Assembly (NCBI GenBank): GCA_001724265.1
Contig: MEDY01000135.1
Coordinates: 1-64,000, forward strand
Length of the DNA: 64,000 bases
Reading direction: 5' to 3'
From: Rhizaria sp. SCN 62-66
Taxonomy: Eukaryota
Made by a program: the position numbers and the translations under genes. This document shows, piece after piece, positions 36,067 through 48,611 of the stretch (its first letter is position 1; the number at the start of each line of letters is the position of its first letter). The notes under the pieces were generated by a model. That model was not told the origin of the DNA and did not search any database. It was given only the letters and a program-made list of their open reading frames with translations.

Positions 36067-39000
36067 ATGAACCCCACGCCGGGCTCCAGTCGCTCTCTGG
36101 CGTCGCACCAGTCGTCAAACGACGTGATTGCGACCTCACAAAGCACCTCATATCTCAACTCCCTTCGCGCAAGCGGTCTCGCCAGCGCCAGCACCCAGCA
36201 GCTCGGCGCCGCGCCCCGTCACGGCTCGGCGGCCAACGTCAACTCCGCGGGCGCTGCTGTGGCCCACGGCCCGCGCGCCGGCCCCATCGCGCCGAACTCC
36301 ACGCTTACCTCGGCCTCGTCCATCTCCTCCCTGGGCCGCGTTGTGCCTGTGTCCCCTGCCCCGCGGCAGCAGCCGCCGCTGCCGTCGCCGTCGTCCCTCC
36401 ACAACGTGACGCTCCACCAACGCAACCACTCGTACTCTCTGTCGCACTCGCACTCGCCCTCCGCGTCGCCCGCGGGCGCGGGCGCGTCCTACGGCCCTGC
36501 CGCACCCGCCGCGTACGGCTTGCCGCCCTCCCGCAGTCCTGTGGCGTCGGACTCATCGGCCGGCGCTGCCGTGCGCTTTGCTGGTGTTGTTGACACAGGT
36601 GCCGCCGGAACAGGTGCTGGCGCTGGCGCTGATTTTGTTCCTCTTTACGGCGCTGCGTCGCACGCCTCGCTTGGCCTCCCAGCCGCTCACAGTGTGGCGA
36701 ACCTCTACAGCAGCCCCGCCCCTCACGGCAACGACAACACGGGCGACGACCACGACGGCGACAACGCCAGTGTCAACAGCATCAACAGCGTGCGCGGCGC
36801 CTCCGCCGCCGCGCCCCCGCTGGCGGCCGTCTCGTCCACTGCGGCGCTTGCGGCGGCGGCGGACGCGCGCACCGCGATGTTGGCCTCGCTGGGTGACGCG
36901 TCCTCCGCGTTCGTGACGCAGCTGGCCTCGCTTGACGCGGCCGACGCGGCCGCGGAGGAGGCTGCGGCGGCCGTGGCGGCCAGCTAGGTCGCTGCGCTGT
37001 CGCAGTCGCCATCCCGCCACTCGCTGGCCGGGTCTGCACTGAGCGGCTATAGCGATGGCACGGCGCTGGCCACCGCGGCCGCGCTGCTCCATGCCGCGCC
37101 CGCGGACGGCGGCGCGCGCGCGCGCGACGACCTGCTCGACCTCGCGGCGCTTAACGCCGCCGCGCTGGCCACCGACACCGCGCTGCTCTCCCCTCCGCCG
37201 CCGCCGCAGTGGCGTCACCAGCAGCAGAATGACTCGGAGCTTGACTCCGCGCTGCTGCTACCCGGGTCCGAGCAGGAGGCGCAGGCCGCCGACGCCGCGC
37301 TCGACGCCGCACTCGTGGCCGCGCTCGCGGCGCCGCTGCCGCTGCCGCACGCGCACCTCGCGCTTGCGCTCGACAGCGGCGCGCTGAGCGCGGTCGGCGG
37401 CGGTGCGGGGGCCGTCACGCGCGCCGAGCACGAGGCCGCGGCGCGCGCGCTGTGCGACCGGTACACACGCGCGGTGACCGGCGCGATGCAGGCGACGCTG
37501 ACGGCGCGGCTGCGCACGGTGGCCGCCGCCGAGGCCGCACCCGTGGCTGAGGCCAAGCGCCGCGTGCAGGAGCTGCTGCGGTACTACCATAATAACGAGG
37601 CGGGGATCGCCGAGGCGTGCCAGCAGCTGCGCGAGGCCGACGTGGTGCTGGCGTATCTGCGGGAGGAAAACGCCGGGCTGCGCAGGGTCAGGGACAAGCA
37701 CCGCGCGCGCATTGCCGCGACCGCCAAGGCCAACGCGGCGGCGGCGGCAGCGGCCGCGGCGGCGGATGCGGCGGCGGCGGCGGAGGAAGCCGCCGCGTTT
37801 GAGGAGACGAGGAATGCAACGCGTCGCAACTACAACTGCAACAACAATAGTACGAGCGATAACACCGCTGGCAACGGCGGCGACGACGACGGCGACAACG
37901 ACGATGACGTCGGCATGAGTGACACGCTCGCGTCATCGCTATCAAGCAACCCCATCGACGCCGCCCTTTCGGCGCGCCTCAACAACCGCAACGACTCGAA
38001 CGGCAAGCCCGGTCTCGCGGCGAGCGGGCACCCCCGCAACGGCGGCGCCAACGGCGGCACGACGAGTAGCGACGGCATCCGCGGCGCAACGGTGGCGCAG
38101 CTGCGCTCGGAGGCCGCGCAGCTCAAGGCCGCGCTGGCGCGCAAAGTGGCGCAGCACAAGGAGCGGCGCATGCTCGTCGCACAGCGGCGCCAGGAGCTGG
38201 CTGAGACCAAGCTCGCGGTGGAAAACGCCAAGGTGGAGGCGCGCGCGCAGCTGCGCGAGTCGCTCGAGGCCATCGCGGACCGCGCGCGCGACACACAGCT
38301 GGCGCGCGAGGAGCGGCGGCGCGAGGTCGCGGCCGCGCGCGGCGCCGAGCGCGAGCTCAAGCAGCGGCGCGCGGCGCTGACGGAGCAGCTGCTCGACATG
38401 GGCGCGCTCGAGACGAAGCTACGCGGCATGGAGGCCACCAAGCAGGCTGAGGCCAAGGAGCTGGCCGCGCGCCGGCTGCGGCTGCGGCAGGTCGCCGAGC
38501 ACTCGCTGCGGGCCACCGAGGACGCCTACATCGCGGCCTGCCGCGCGCGCGCCGACACAGTCGAGGCGGCGCTCAAGGCGTTCGCGCGCGTCAGCGAGGC
38601 GCTGCGGCGCGCGACGGCGTGCGCGGTGTGCGCCAAGCCGATGACGGAGCCCTGCGTGGTGGTCGAGACGGGCGAAGGGTGCTGCCGCGCGTGCGCGCCG
38701 AAGTATTCGAAGCGCGACGCGCTGCAGCGGCTGCGCGACGACGCGCGCGCGCTCGCCGCGCTGGGCGTCGTGCTGCCACAGGGCCCGCCACCGGAGGAGC
38801 CGTGGGTTGAGCTCTATCTGCGCCAGGACCCGCCGGCCTCGATCGTCAACAGCAGCAACAACGAAGCTGACGGCGGCGAGCAGTGGGTGCCGTATGTGCC
38901 CGAGCTGCAGCGCGACCCCGTGACGGGCGAGTTCCAGACGCGGTTCGCGCTCTACGACGCGCAGCTGCAGGACATGATGATGCACTGCCAGCTTACGCCC

Positions 39001-39090
39001 GTCATTTTGCGCTCTTTCCTGGCGCAGAGGACGCGCAAGCCCGCGGCGCAAGCTGCAGCGCAGATTGCCGGCAACGGTGGCGACGAATAA
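36067..39090 (+). CDS. coiled-coil protein with a degenerate C-terminal RING-like finger, about 1007 aa, intronless, one in-frame TAG at 36985-36987
   Basis: ORFs 35995-36987 and 37315-39090 are one frame broken only by TAG. Long heptad region, then CAVCAKPMTEPCVVVETGEGCCRAC. Ends in TAA. Confidence 0.75.
36985..36987 (+). other. in-frame TAG, putative sense codon (VAAS*VAAL)
   Basis: GCC AGC TAG GTC GCT GCG CTG; the frame stays open to 39090. Confidence 0.8.
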
Positions 39091-39423
39091 GTGGCGTTGA
39101 TGTAGCACAACAACGATTTTTATTGCTCGAATGTTTATCTAGTTTTGATATTGGTTAAGTAATAATGAATCAATCAACACCAAGTTGGTGTTTTGCAAAT
39201 AATGTATTTTTGTGGCCTTAATGGTGGTCATAATGAATACGTAATCATGAATACACAAGAATTGTGACTTGTTCTAACAGTGTAACAAGCGACAGTCCAA
39301 CAATGATTTTGATGATGCGATATGCGTGAATCATCATAAAACAGCTATTAATGATAAAAATATAACATCATATAAAGTAAAATCAACTTGTCATTTGAAT
39401 AATTTTCGACCGTTTACAAACAA

Positions 39424-39459
39424 ATAATGACTCTGAAGGATAATGACTCTGAAGGATAA
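39424..39459. repeat. 16-bp tandem duplication (ATAATGACTCTGAAGG x2 plus ATAA) just 3' of the PDK-like gene
   Basis: Read directly: 39424-39439 equals 39440-39455. Confidence 0.85.
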
Positions 39460-39485
39460 ACAACTCTTTGTCAACCGTGGTCACT

Positions 39486-41757
39486 TCACACGTACGCGTG
39501 CTCAGCGGGCGTGAAGTTGAATGACTCCGGCGTGGGCTCAACGCCAGCGGCGGCCATCTTCTTAACGTAGAGGTACGCGTCGGTGCCGTAGCCATCGATG
39601 GAGGCGAGCCGGAGGTCGCCCTCGAGGTAGCGCGCCACCATGCGCGCGATGGGGAGGCCGAACCCACACCAGGCGGGCAGCTCGGGGATGCCGGTGCCCG
39701 TCGCTGAGTCCGCCGTGAGCATCAGCGACTCAGCGGCAGCGGCCTCGACGGCGGCCGCGGCGGCCGGGTCCGCGGCGGCGGCGGCGTCCTCGTGTTCCCG
39801 GTAGTCGCGGCACAAGCGCACGAGAGAGGCCGACAGCAGAGTCTCGGGGTGCCCGATGAGGCGCCCGCCCTTGGGCGCAGCGACCGCGCCCGCGCCCGCG
39901 GCGGAGGCCGAGGCGGCGGCGCGCATGGTGGCGTCGTACTCGGCCCACAAGCGGTGGTACTCGTGGTGGTAGGACCACACGGCCTCCAGCCCGGCGCGGT
40001 GAGTGCCGCCGCCCTGGTCACTGACTTTGACCACGACCTCCTTGTTCGTCTCGGAGAGCACGACCTCGATCGGCGGCGGCACGTTCCCCGCGGCACCAGC
40101 GTCAGAGCCGGCGCCGTCGGAGTTCGCGGCCATCATGGCCTTGCGCTGCGCGTGGCGGCGCATGGTGCGCTCGATGGCGTGCTCGAGCAGCTCCTGGATC
40201 ATGAACAGCAGGTGGCGCCGCGAGTAACGGAACTCGACGTCAAGCGTACCGCGAACGTTGATCACCGGCAGCAGGTCCTCGGGTGCGAGGGCCAAGCGCA
40301 GGCGGGCCCACGCGGCGGCGCGCGTCGCGGCCTCCTTCAGCACGTCGGCGGGGCGACAGCGGACCTCAACGAGACCGACGAAGCCTGGAGATAGACAAAA
40401 CAAAGCAGTATGACATAAACGATATGCTAATTATGTTAGAAACGTATATTTTGCAGTAACATATGAGTAAAATCAAGAACTACAAGTTAAATTCGGCATT
40501 AAATACGATATCAACAAACTGTCTCATGGTCGAATCGTAGAAGTGATACGTACCCGGGCGCGGCGAGAAGAGCGCGAGGTGGTGCGCAATGAGCACGCGT
40601 GCCTCGAGGCGCGAAGCATGGAACTGGTCCACGCAGTCCTGCAGGATAAAGTGCTCCGGCGCCAGCACCGACAGCGGGCACGGCGGCAGGGACTCGCCAC
40701 GGGCCGCCGCGGCGGACGCGGCGGACGCCAGAGCCTCGTTGCTCAGTGACGACGACGGAGACTTGGCGTCAGCAGAACCAGAGCCTGCGGGAGCGGGGTA
40801 CGTGGCCGCGCTATTATTGCCACTGTTGTTCGCGGAGGTAGACAGCGGGTCCGAGGCCGGCGCCGTGGTCCGGTGCGTGCGCGCGGCGTGCGTGACGCGC
40901 GCCTCGGCGGCCTTGCGCAGACGGTGGTCCGAGGCGTGGCAGATGATCAGCGACAGCGACGCCGCGTTGGCGCTGGTGGAGCGCGAGAGAAAGAAGCGGA
41001 CAAGCTCGGTGAACTTCTTCGCGTCCTCGAACGTCTCGGGGCACGGCGTCTTGTTGATGAGCGCGAATGAGCCCGTGTAGTGACGCTGCACAGCGCGCAT
41101 CAGAGGGGACTCGCCGATGTGGTACGGCAGGTCGCGCACGAACTGCACGCGCTGCGCAAAGCGGATAGACAGCTCGGAGTGCAGAAAGCGTGCTGAGGCG
41201 AGCAGGTTCCGCTCGGTGTTGTTGAAGCCGAACTGGTAGAGCTGGCGCAGCGAGAAGGACGTGATGGGGCGCGCGGCGTATTGGGTGAGGAGAGCGTTGA
41301 GCTCAGCGTCGGGCTCGACGGCGTAGGTCACGGGGTGGCCCTCCCACTCTGCAATGGTAGAGCCCCACATCGAGGTGCCGCCCAGCGAGGCCGGGGGCGG
41401 CAGCGGGGCGGACTCGGGGTGGATGACTAGCAAGGGCGCGGAGGAAAAGGACGACGAAGGTGGCGATGAGATTTGTGGCAGCTTCGTGTCTGCAGTCACT
41501 TGCTGTGTGCATGCATGTGACACTGCGGGGGGAGCAAGAGGGCGCGCAAGGCAAGAAAACGGGGCAGCGGAGACAGTCGTCCTTGTTGTTACGAGCGTAG
41601 GACTGAATGAGTGCTGCTTCTGCAACGACGGCGAAGTCGATGAGAACGATGGGGACAACATCATAGGCGCGCGCGGAGAGAACGAGAGGGGCGCCGGAAA
41701 GCCGGGCACAGAGCGGAGAGCCCGCGCCGTGGGCAAGGAGCGGAGGGCTGCGCGCAT
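39486..41757 (-). CDS. mitochondrial alpha-ketoacid dehydrogenase kinase family protein (PDK/BCKDK-like), about 700 aa, exons 41757-40554 and 40384-39486
   Basis: SLRQLYQFG, SARFLHSELSIRFAQRV, DQFHASRLEARVLIAHHLAL, VSDQGGG (G1 box), GFGLPIAR..GYGTDAYL. Arg/Ser-rich presequence. Intron 40553-40385. Ends in TGA. Confidence 0.88.
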
Positions 41758-42695
41758 GTGGGCTCAGTCACGCGGCGGTAGAACTGGCGAGGCAGCGGCG
41801 ACGAAGTGGGGACAGCTTTGAGCGTTTTTAAGCGTGCACAGCTTCTGTGCGAAAGAGAGCCTTTATGGGATAATGAAAACAAAATCAAGTAGAAAAGTGA
41901 GAATATGCACTGAGCAAAGTCGCTCGAGATGAGAATAACGGACATAGTCAGCTGTGCAATCTGTTTTTCAATCAGCCTAACGTCCCTTCGAATCTTCGCT
42001 CAATCCGGCCACCCGAGTCGGTCGCTGGCTGGCCGAGCGAGGAGGGCCCATCTGCGGCTGATTGGCCAAGAGCAGAGAGGAAAATGTTAAAATATATATC
42101 CTGCGTTGTATGTTCAATGAAATGTGGTAAATGTGTGTGATTTGTATAATATTAGTTCTTTTTTGTATGAATTCGAATCAAAAACTCACTTGTGCCGATT
42201 ATATTTGCTGTTTTTCAGTGCTTTTCGAAATGCAGTCCGGATGACGATAGCAGCCAGTCTTGGCGCACGCCGTTTCTTCTCCCACGCAGCCCATTCGCTC
42301 CCAAGCGCTCTTTCCGCGCATATGTACTGTTCCTTTGTGGTTTCCACCGCTCCCGCGCCCTTTCAACCCTCCTTCCGCAGCTCTTCAGGTCAAAACAGCG
42401 CTCACGTGCTGCGAGCGATGACGCAAGACTGATGCGAATCGACGCATTGCCCATTCTTGATATCGCTCTTTCTCGCCCGCATGCACGTTTACGCTCGCCA
42501 CAAGCCTCATCCCATGTGAATTCACAATATGCTGCACTTGAAGCTGCGTTTTACGCCATCTCTGCCCTCTCTTGTGTCCTCTCTCAGTGATCTCTCGCTT
42601 TCTGCCATGCAGACCGACCACCGAGTGACCCCGCATTTTCACTCCCTTTCGCGCTCCCTGTCGAATATTGCTCACTCAGTGACTCACACGCACAC

Positions 42696-44347
42696 TCACT
42701 CCACAAGAGCAATGGTGACAAGCGAGCGGTCGAGCTTGGGGGCCTCGCCGCGCAGACGCATGTGCTCCTCGGGCGTCAGGTCCATCGCGCCGATTTCCTC
42801 GCCCATCACTGGGTACTGCGACCCAGGGCGGCGGAACGTGTAGTACGCGTAGTTCTCTGAACAATGAAGAAAACGTGCAAACAAAACACAAATTGAAACA
42901 GTTTTTGCAAAAGATGTAGTATGATTTAAAACAATGTTAATTTCTAATTTTGATATATATCAACACATTAATGCAACAAAATCACAACTCTCAAAGTGTG
43001 CAAGCAGTGAGGATATGAGTCTTTATGATACCCTGTGAGCGTTACCTCTTCACGTACCCTTGATCTGGCCAGTGCTGCACTCGGCGCACTCCTCCTTGGG
43101 AACCATGCGGACGTAAACCTCGAAGCCGCGGGCGATCATGCGCGACGTCACGAACTCGTGCGTCTCGCGGTTCACCGACTGGATCGTGTAGAACACACCG
43201 GACTTGGTCAGAGTCGCGTCGACGAGCGCGAACAGCGCGGGCAGGGCCGAGTTCTGGATCTGGGAGTAGGTCACCTCGGAGCCCAGGATGATGTCCGTCG
43301 CCAGCGACGCCTGCTGCTCGCTCGACATCTTCGGGTACTGTAGGTAGCAGACAGCAGAGTGACGCCGAAAAAAGGGAAGAAAAAGGCAAAAAGAAGGACG
43401 TTGTTCGAGTGAGAACAGTGTCTTAAAGTTATCTCTAGCACAATATTCGTTGCTTTAGCCATTGTCCGCGCAGAAACCGTAACAAAGGCTCGCTCTCAGC
43501 GTGTATATAGCCCCACTCAATTACTTTTCAAGTCAGCTCTCACAGTGTGAATGTGTCTCTCAAGAGTGTGACGTACCTCTTCCCAGTCGAGCATCAGCGG
43601 CACAGCGGCGGCCGTCATGCGCGCGCGCATCTGCTCGCGGTACGCGTCCACGCCATCCGTAGCCTCGGGCCCAGCGAGCGCCTCTGGCACCGCAGGCAGC
43701 GCGGCGGCGGCTGCGGTCTGCACAGAGCAGTCGTCCTCGACGGCAGCGGCAGCAGCGCAGGCCGCCGCACGCGCCGCCGCGACGGCCTCATCGTCCGCCG
43801 TGGGGCCGTTGCGCGTCGCGTTAATCTTGATGTTGTATGCGATGTTGTCGACGAGCGTGGGGACGTAGTCTGAGATGAGCGCGCTGGCGGCGTAGCGCGC
43901 AGCCACGAGCCCGGGCAGGCCGACGCCGGCGCCGACCTCGTGCACGCGGCGGCCCGCGAAGTGTGCGCGCATGCGGTGGATAAAGCGCGCGAGCATAATC
44001 GACGCGTCCCACGCTGCGCAGCCGACGCCGCCGGCAGCGATGTTCATCTCGCGGATGTAGACCTCGTCGAGAAACTCGCGGTCGCGCTTGGGGACGGAGG
44101 CCGCAACATCACCGACCTGTAAGTTTTGGTGCAGGTATTCGAGTCAGAGGGTCAACAAAGCACAGTGCGAGTTTTTGTAAAAAGCGGATAATAATGTGAG
44201 CTCCAGATTTTGACGGCTGAAAGTGGGGGGTAAGGGGGAAATTGGCGCACGGGAAGCGGCGAAAGCACGGGCTTGGGTTGCGAGACGTACACGGGGACCG
44301 ACAGAGATCGTCTTCCGCTTGTAGCGAATGAACATTTCGTCACTCAT
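42696..44347 (-). CDS. seven-beta-strand protein lysine methyltransferase (Methyltransf_16 / METTL21-22-like), about 345 aa, exons 44347-44291, 44116-43577, 43337-43058, 42856-42696
   Basis: GCAAWDASIMLA, VHEVGAGVGLPG (motif I), LISDY, LDW, DIILGSEVTY. Three GTACGT..CAG introns restore the frame. Ends in TGA. Confidence 0.85.
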
Positions 44348-44846
44348 TATTGCGTTAATACAAACTTGTCAAGCGAAACGCTTGCTTGCTGTTCACGAAA
44401 TCTATAATCTGTTTGACGATCATCCAATGCGGCTAGAACCGCTTTTTTGGCAGGCCTAGCCTTGCTTGCCACACAGGCTGGCGAGCAAAGGAGGCTCGGC
44501 CGGTCCGCAGTCCGTCGGGAGCCAACGGGCGAGGCATGTCGCACTGTTTTGTTTTTGAAAGTATGACATGTATGATCGTGTATACATATTCATACGAGTA
44601 TATCTTTTATGCGAAGTTGTTTAGTAATATGGATTCTTATTAACTTTCCTTAAACCTGCGTCTATCTCCTCCGCATCAAGGCCCCTTCAGCCCTCATCAA
44701 CTCACGAATAGGTACCCTTGCTCCCAGAGTCCGCTAACCGTAACTCTTGTCCCCTCTCTTCTTTTCACTCTGTCGACAGCTTTCCAACGCGCCTCTGAAC
44801 TACATCTCCTGCCTCATCCTTGAGGCCGCCCTCTCTGCGCTCGTCT

Positions 44847-47800
44847 ATGCCTCTTGCCACCGCCCCGGCGCCAACGTCAGCTGCTGATGCAGCGGCCGCC
44901 GCCAGTGTCGGCTCGAGCGCCAACCCAAAGCGTCCCATGTCGGCCATCGCCGCAGCTGCCGCTGCTGCTGCCAACGCGGCCGTGGCCCCGTTGTCCAAGA
45001 CGGCGTTGGCGAGCAGCTACAGCAGCCCGCCGCAGCCTGCGTGGCTGACGTCCTTCTACCAGCGGCGGCGCAAGCTGCTCTTCTGGGCGCTGCTGCACAT
45101 GGTTGACGTCGTCTCGGACGTACTTCTCGTGCTTTCCTTCCTCTGGCACGGCGAGCTTCCCAGTTTTACCGCTGCGTTGCTGATCCTGGTTATCTCGCGC
45201 CTCGCCACGACGTCCTACCTCGTCGGCCGCGCCGCCGCCGACTGGGTGGCGTCCCCTCGGCGCACGCTGCTCGTGCTCTTCGACCTCTACCCGCTCGCCG
45301 AGGCCGCGCGGCTGCTGCGCCGGCCCGCGTCGGCCGCCGACGCCATGGACGCGCTGTCCCCCGCGTTCGCGCACCCGTCGGTGTTCTTCCTGGAGGCCGT
45401 GCTCGAGTCGCTGCCGCAGACGCTGATGCAGGCAACACTCTCCGTCGCCGCACTCCTCTCCTCGACCGCCACAATCGCACCCACCGCGGCCGCAGCAACA
45501 GCAGCAGCAGCGACAGCGACAGCGGTGCCTGGTGCTAGCAGCGGCGGCGGCGGCGGCCTGTGGGCCCTGGTGGCCGTGGTGCCGATGCCGCCGCCCGCCG
45601 TGGGCCTCGCGGCGTCCCTCTTCTTCTCGCTCGTCATGATCTCGCTCACGCTGACCGACCTGGAGCTCGGCGACGCGCGCCACCGCACCGTGCTTGATGC
45701 GCGCCGCCTGCGCCAGGGCCTGGCCGACGCGCGCGCGCTCGCTCTCATGGCGTTCCGTGCCGTCGAGGCCTTCGCGCGCTCGCTCACGCTCGGCCTGGGC
45801 TTTGCGCTCCTCGCCGCGCTCGCGCCCAGTGGGGACCGCAGCCGGCCTTTCCTCGCCTTCACGGGGCTGCCCGCGGCCGCCGCCGCGGTCGTCGCTGCCG
45901 TGCCGGGGCTGCCGCAGGCGCTGGGCTTCTTCGGCGTGACCGTGAGCGCGAGCTCCTCCGGGGCCGCAGTCGCGTTTTCGCTTACGTTCGTGGTCGCGGT
46001 GGCCGCGATTGTCATCGTCGCGGTGAACGTGTTTGTGCTTAACAAGTGGCTCCGCACCCCGCAGGCGCGCGCTCTTGTTGCCAGCTCCAACAACAACAAT
46101 AACAACAAATCCGCTCACAAGAGCTCAAATGCTGACACTGACAACAACAGTAACTCAAGTTCTCAGTCAAGTTCACGGCCGAAGACGCGCTCTCGCTCGA
46201 GCGCCAACGCCGACGCCGACGCCACCAAGCACAACTCTCTGAGCTCCGGCGACTCTGGCAACGGCGCTGGCGACGGCGCTGGCGACGGCGGCGGCGGCGA
46301 CGGCGGCCGCGTGACCGGCGGGCTGCGGCCGTGGATGCACTGCGTGTACCTGCTGCTGTACTGGGAGAAGCGGCTCGTGCGCGTGGCCGCCGACGGGCGC
46401 ATCGCCATCGCTTCGGTCATCTCGGCGCGCCGCTACTACGCGTTCCGGGCGGGTGAGACGGCGCTGCTGCTCGTCGCGGCCTGGCACCTCATCCCGCTCG
46501 CCGCCGCCGCCACCGCCGCTGCCGCCGCCGCTGCTGCCGCTGCCCATGCGGGCGCGAGTGCGCCTGTGAGCGGCGCGGTGGGTGAGATCGTGGTCGACGT
46601 GAGTCCGTTGTCGCTCGTGCACTGGCTGCTGCACCTGCTCGACTGCGCGACCTCGCCGCTGACTCTCCTCGCCGCGCTGCTCGCCGCTGCACGGACCGCC
46701 GTTGCCTGGCCCGCCACTGCAATCTCGGCCGCCCTCTCGACCGCGACCGCCCCCGCCCCTGTGAGAGCGACTGTGGCTGCAACCGTGAGCCACAGCGTGA
46801 GCGTGAGCATGAGCACGCTCTGGCTCGTCGCGCTCGCCGCGTCGGCCGCCACGCTGTTGCCCGTCGCCTGGCTCATCGGGCCCTTCCAGTGGTTCACGCC
46901 GCCCGCGCTCGCCGCTATCAACAGCAGCAGCAACGGCGCGAACGCAAACGAAGTTAAGCCGCGACTTAGCTTCAGCGCCGCGATGCGCCAGTTCCAGGAC
47001 TCGACGATGACGACTCCGCAGCGACACTTGCTGCATGTTGTGGCGCCCGACGCGGTTCGTGAGGCGCGCGAGCGGGACAGCCGCCGCCGGAAGCCTGCTA
47101 ACAGCAATGCCAGCAGCGCAAACACCATCACTAGTGACAGTATGACAGCCCAACCTACTGTTGCGAGTCCTGCGAGCGCTGCAGCTGTGAGCGCAAGTGG
47201 TTTTGCGAACAGCAGCAGCAGCAGCAGCAGCAGTGGCGGCGTTGCTGTGACCCCCGCGGCGCGGGGACGGCGCGCCACGCTTGCGCCCAACACCGTCGCC
47301 GGCGCCGGCATCGCGTCCCGCACCAACGCCGCCAGCACGGCCAACACTCCCGGCGTCGGCGTTGGCGTCGCGAGCGCAGCGGCGCCGGGGACGGGCGGAG
47401 TCATGCGCTTCAGCGCCCGCACTACCGGCGGGGCAGCCGTGGTTGCTGCAGGCAGCAGCAAGAAAGCTGCTCTTGCTCAATCACAACAGCAGCAGCAGTT
47501 TGACGGCAGTAACAGCGCCGTCAAAGCTCTGCGCCCGCGCGGGTCCGCCGCGCCGCTCCCGTCGCCCTTGGCGCCGGCGCCTTCGCCCTTTGCGCCCGCC
47601 GCCCGGACCCCGTTCACGCTGAGCGCGCTGTCGCCCTTCGCGCCGCCGCAGCGCGCCCTGAGCTCGGCGTTCGCGCTCGCTGCTCATCACACCGGCAATG
47701 ACAGCGCGCATGGCAACGACAGCGGGCTCGAGGAGGGCGGCGAGTGGACCGACGACGACACCAGTGAAGTGGGCTACGGCAACCGCAATAACAATGTCAA

Positions 47801-48611
47801 CAACGCCGGCAGTAGTAGCAAGAACGTGAACGGCGCGAGTCGCGGCGGCGCCTACAAGGGCGGATACGACATTAGCGACGGCGACTACAACTACGACGAC
47901 GACGACGGCGACGCAAACGATGACGATGACGACGATGACGTTGCGCTCGGTGATTATGACGACGACTATGACGACGACGACGGCGACTACGGCGACGCGG
48001 CGTCGGAAACCAGCGAAGCCTCGCGCTATACCAATACAAGCAGCTACAGGGGCATCAGCGCCCGCGGCAGCAGAGGCGACGGGAGCAACATCGCCAGCGC
48101 CAGCGCCGTTGCGAGCAGCGTCCGCGCTGCCGCTGCCGGACCGGGCAGGCCTGTCCCTGCGCGCCGCCGCAGCAGCATTTCGCGCGCCGCCGTCCCCAGC
48201 GCCAGCGCGGCCGCCACTCCCTCTGGCGGCCGCCGCCGCAGCAGCATCACGCCCGCGAATGCCGCTGCCGCTGCTGCTGCGGCTGCTGTTGTCAGTGGCA
48301 CTGGACGCAGAGGCAGGCGCGCCAGCGACGCCCGCGCGCGCTCGCCCGCCCGCTCCGCCGCGAACTTGACCGCGAACAACGCCGGCAGCCGCAGCGGCAG
48401 CCGCAGCCGCAGCTTTGCAGGCGGCGCATCTAGTCGTGGCACGACCCCTGTCCGCGGCCCCCGCGCCACGACGCCCGTGGGCACGGCGCCCGCGGCGGGC
48501 GCGGCGCAGCGGTCAGTGACGCCGGTGCGCCGGAGCCGGCGCAGCTCGATCAAGGGGCCCTGGGTGGGGCCCGACATCGCGTCGCCGCGCGGCGCCAAGG
48601 TCAAGTGGTGA
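44847..48611 (+). CDS. XK-related (Xkr) family membrane protein, putative phospholipid scramblase, with a long disordered C-terminus, about 1254 aa
   Basis: HMVDVVSDVLL, FLEAVLESLPQTLMQ and FRAVEAFARSL match XK-family signatures; many hydrophobic segments. Ends in TGA. Confidence 0.8.
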   Translation: MPLATAPAPTSAADAAAAASVGSSANPKRPMSAIAAAAAAAANAAVAPLSKTALASSYSSPPQPAWLTSFYQRRRKLLFWALLHMVDVVSDVLLVLSFLWHGELPSFTAALLILVISRLATTSYLVGRAAADWVASPRRTLLVLFDLYPLAEAARLLRRPASAADAMDALSPAFAHPSVFFLEAVLESLPQTLMQATLSVAALLSSTATIAPTAAAATAAAATATAVPGASSGGGGGLWALVAVVPMPPPAVGLAASLFFSLVMISLTLTDLELGDARHRTVLDARRLRQGLADARALALMAFRAVEAFARSLTLGLGFALLAALAPSGDRSRPFLAFTGLPAAAAAVVAAVPGLPQALGFFGVTVSASSSGAAVAFSLTFVVAVAAIVIVAVNVFVLNKWLRTPQARALVASSNNNNNNKSAHKSSNADTDNNSNSSSQSSSRPKTRSRSSANADADATKHNSLSSGDSGNGAGDGAGDGGGGDGGRVTGGLRPWMHCVYLLLYWEKRLVRVAADGRIAIASVISARRYYAFRAGETALLLVAAWHLIPLAAAATAAAAAAAAAAHAGASAPVSGAVGEIVVDVSPLSLVHWLLHLLDCATSPLTLLAALLAAARTAVAWPATAISAALSTATAPAPVRATVAATVSHSVSVSMSTLWLVALAASAATLLPVAWLIGPFQWFTPPALAAINSSSNGANANEVKPRLSFSAAMRQFQDSTMTTPQRHLLHVVAPDAVREARERDSRRRKPANSNASSANTITSDSMTAQPTVASPASAAAVSASGFANSSSSSSSSGGVAVTPAARGRRATLAPNTVAGAGIASRTNAASTANTPGVGVGVASAAAPGTGGVMRFSARTTGGAAVVAAGSSKKAALAQSQQQQQFDGSNSAVKALRPRGSAAPLPSPLAPAPSPFAPAARTPFTLSALSPFAPPQRALSSAFALAAHHTGNDSAHGNDSGLEEGGEWTDDDTSEVGYGNRNNNVNNAGSSSKNVNGASRGGAYKGGYDISDGDYNYDDDDGDANDDDDDDDVALGDYDDDYDDDDGDYGDAASETSEASRYTNTSSYRGISARGSRGDGSNIASASAVASSVRAAAAGPGRPVPARRRSSISRAAVPSASAAATPSGGRRRSSITPANAAAAAAAAAVVSGTGRRGRRASDARARSPARSAANLTANNAGSRSGSRSRSFAGGASSRGTTPVRGPRATTPVGTAPAAGAAQRSVTPVRRSRRSSIKGPWVGPDIASPRGAKVKW

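Noticed and set aside
41960-42070. Possible suppressor tRNA near a GATTCGAA T-loop-like word
   Set aside because: No cloverleaf could be folded. I found no tRNA gene in the window, so the predicted tRNA(CUA) must lie elsewhere.
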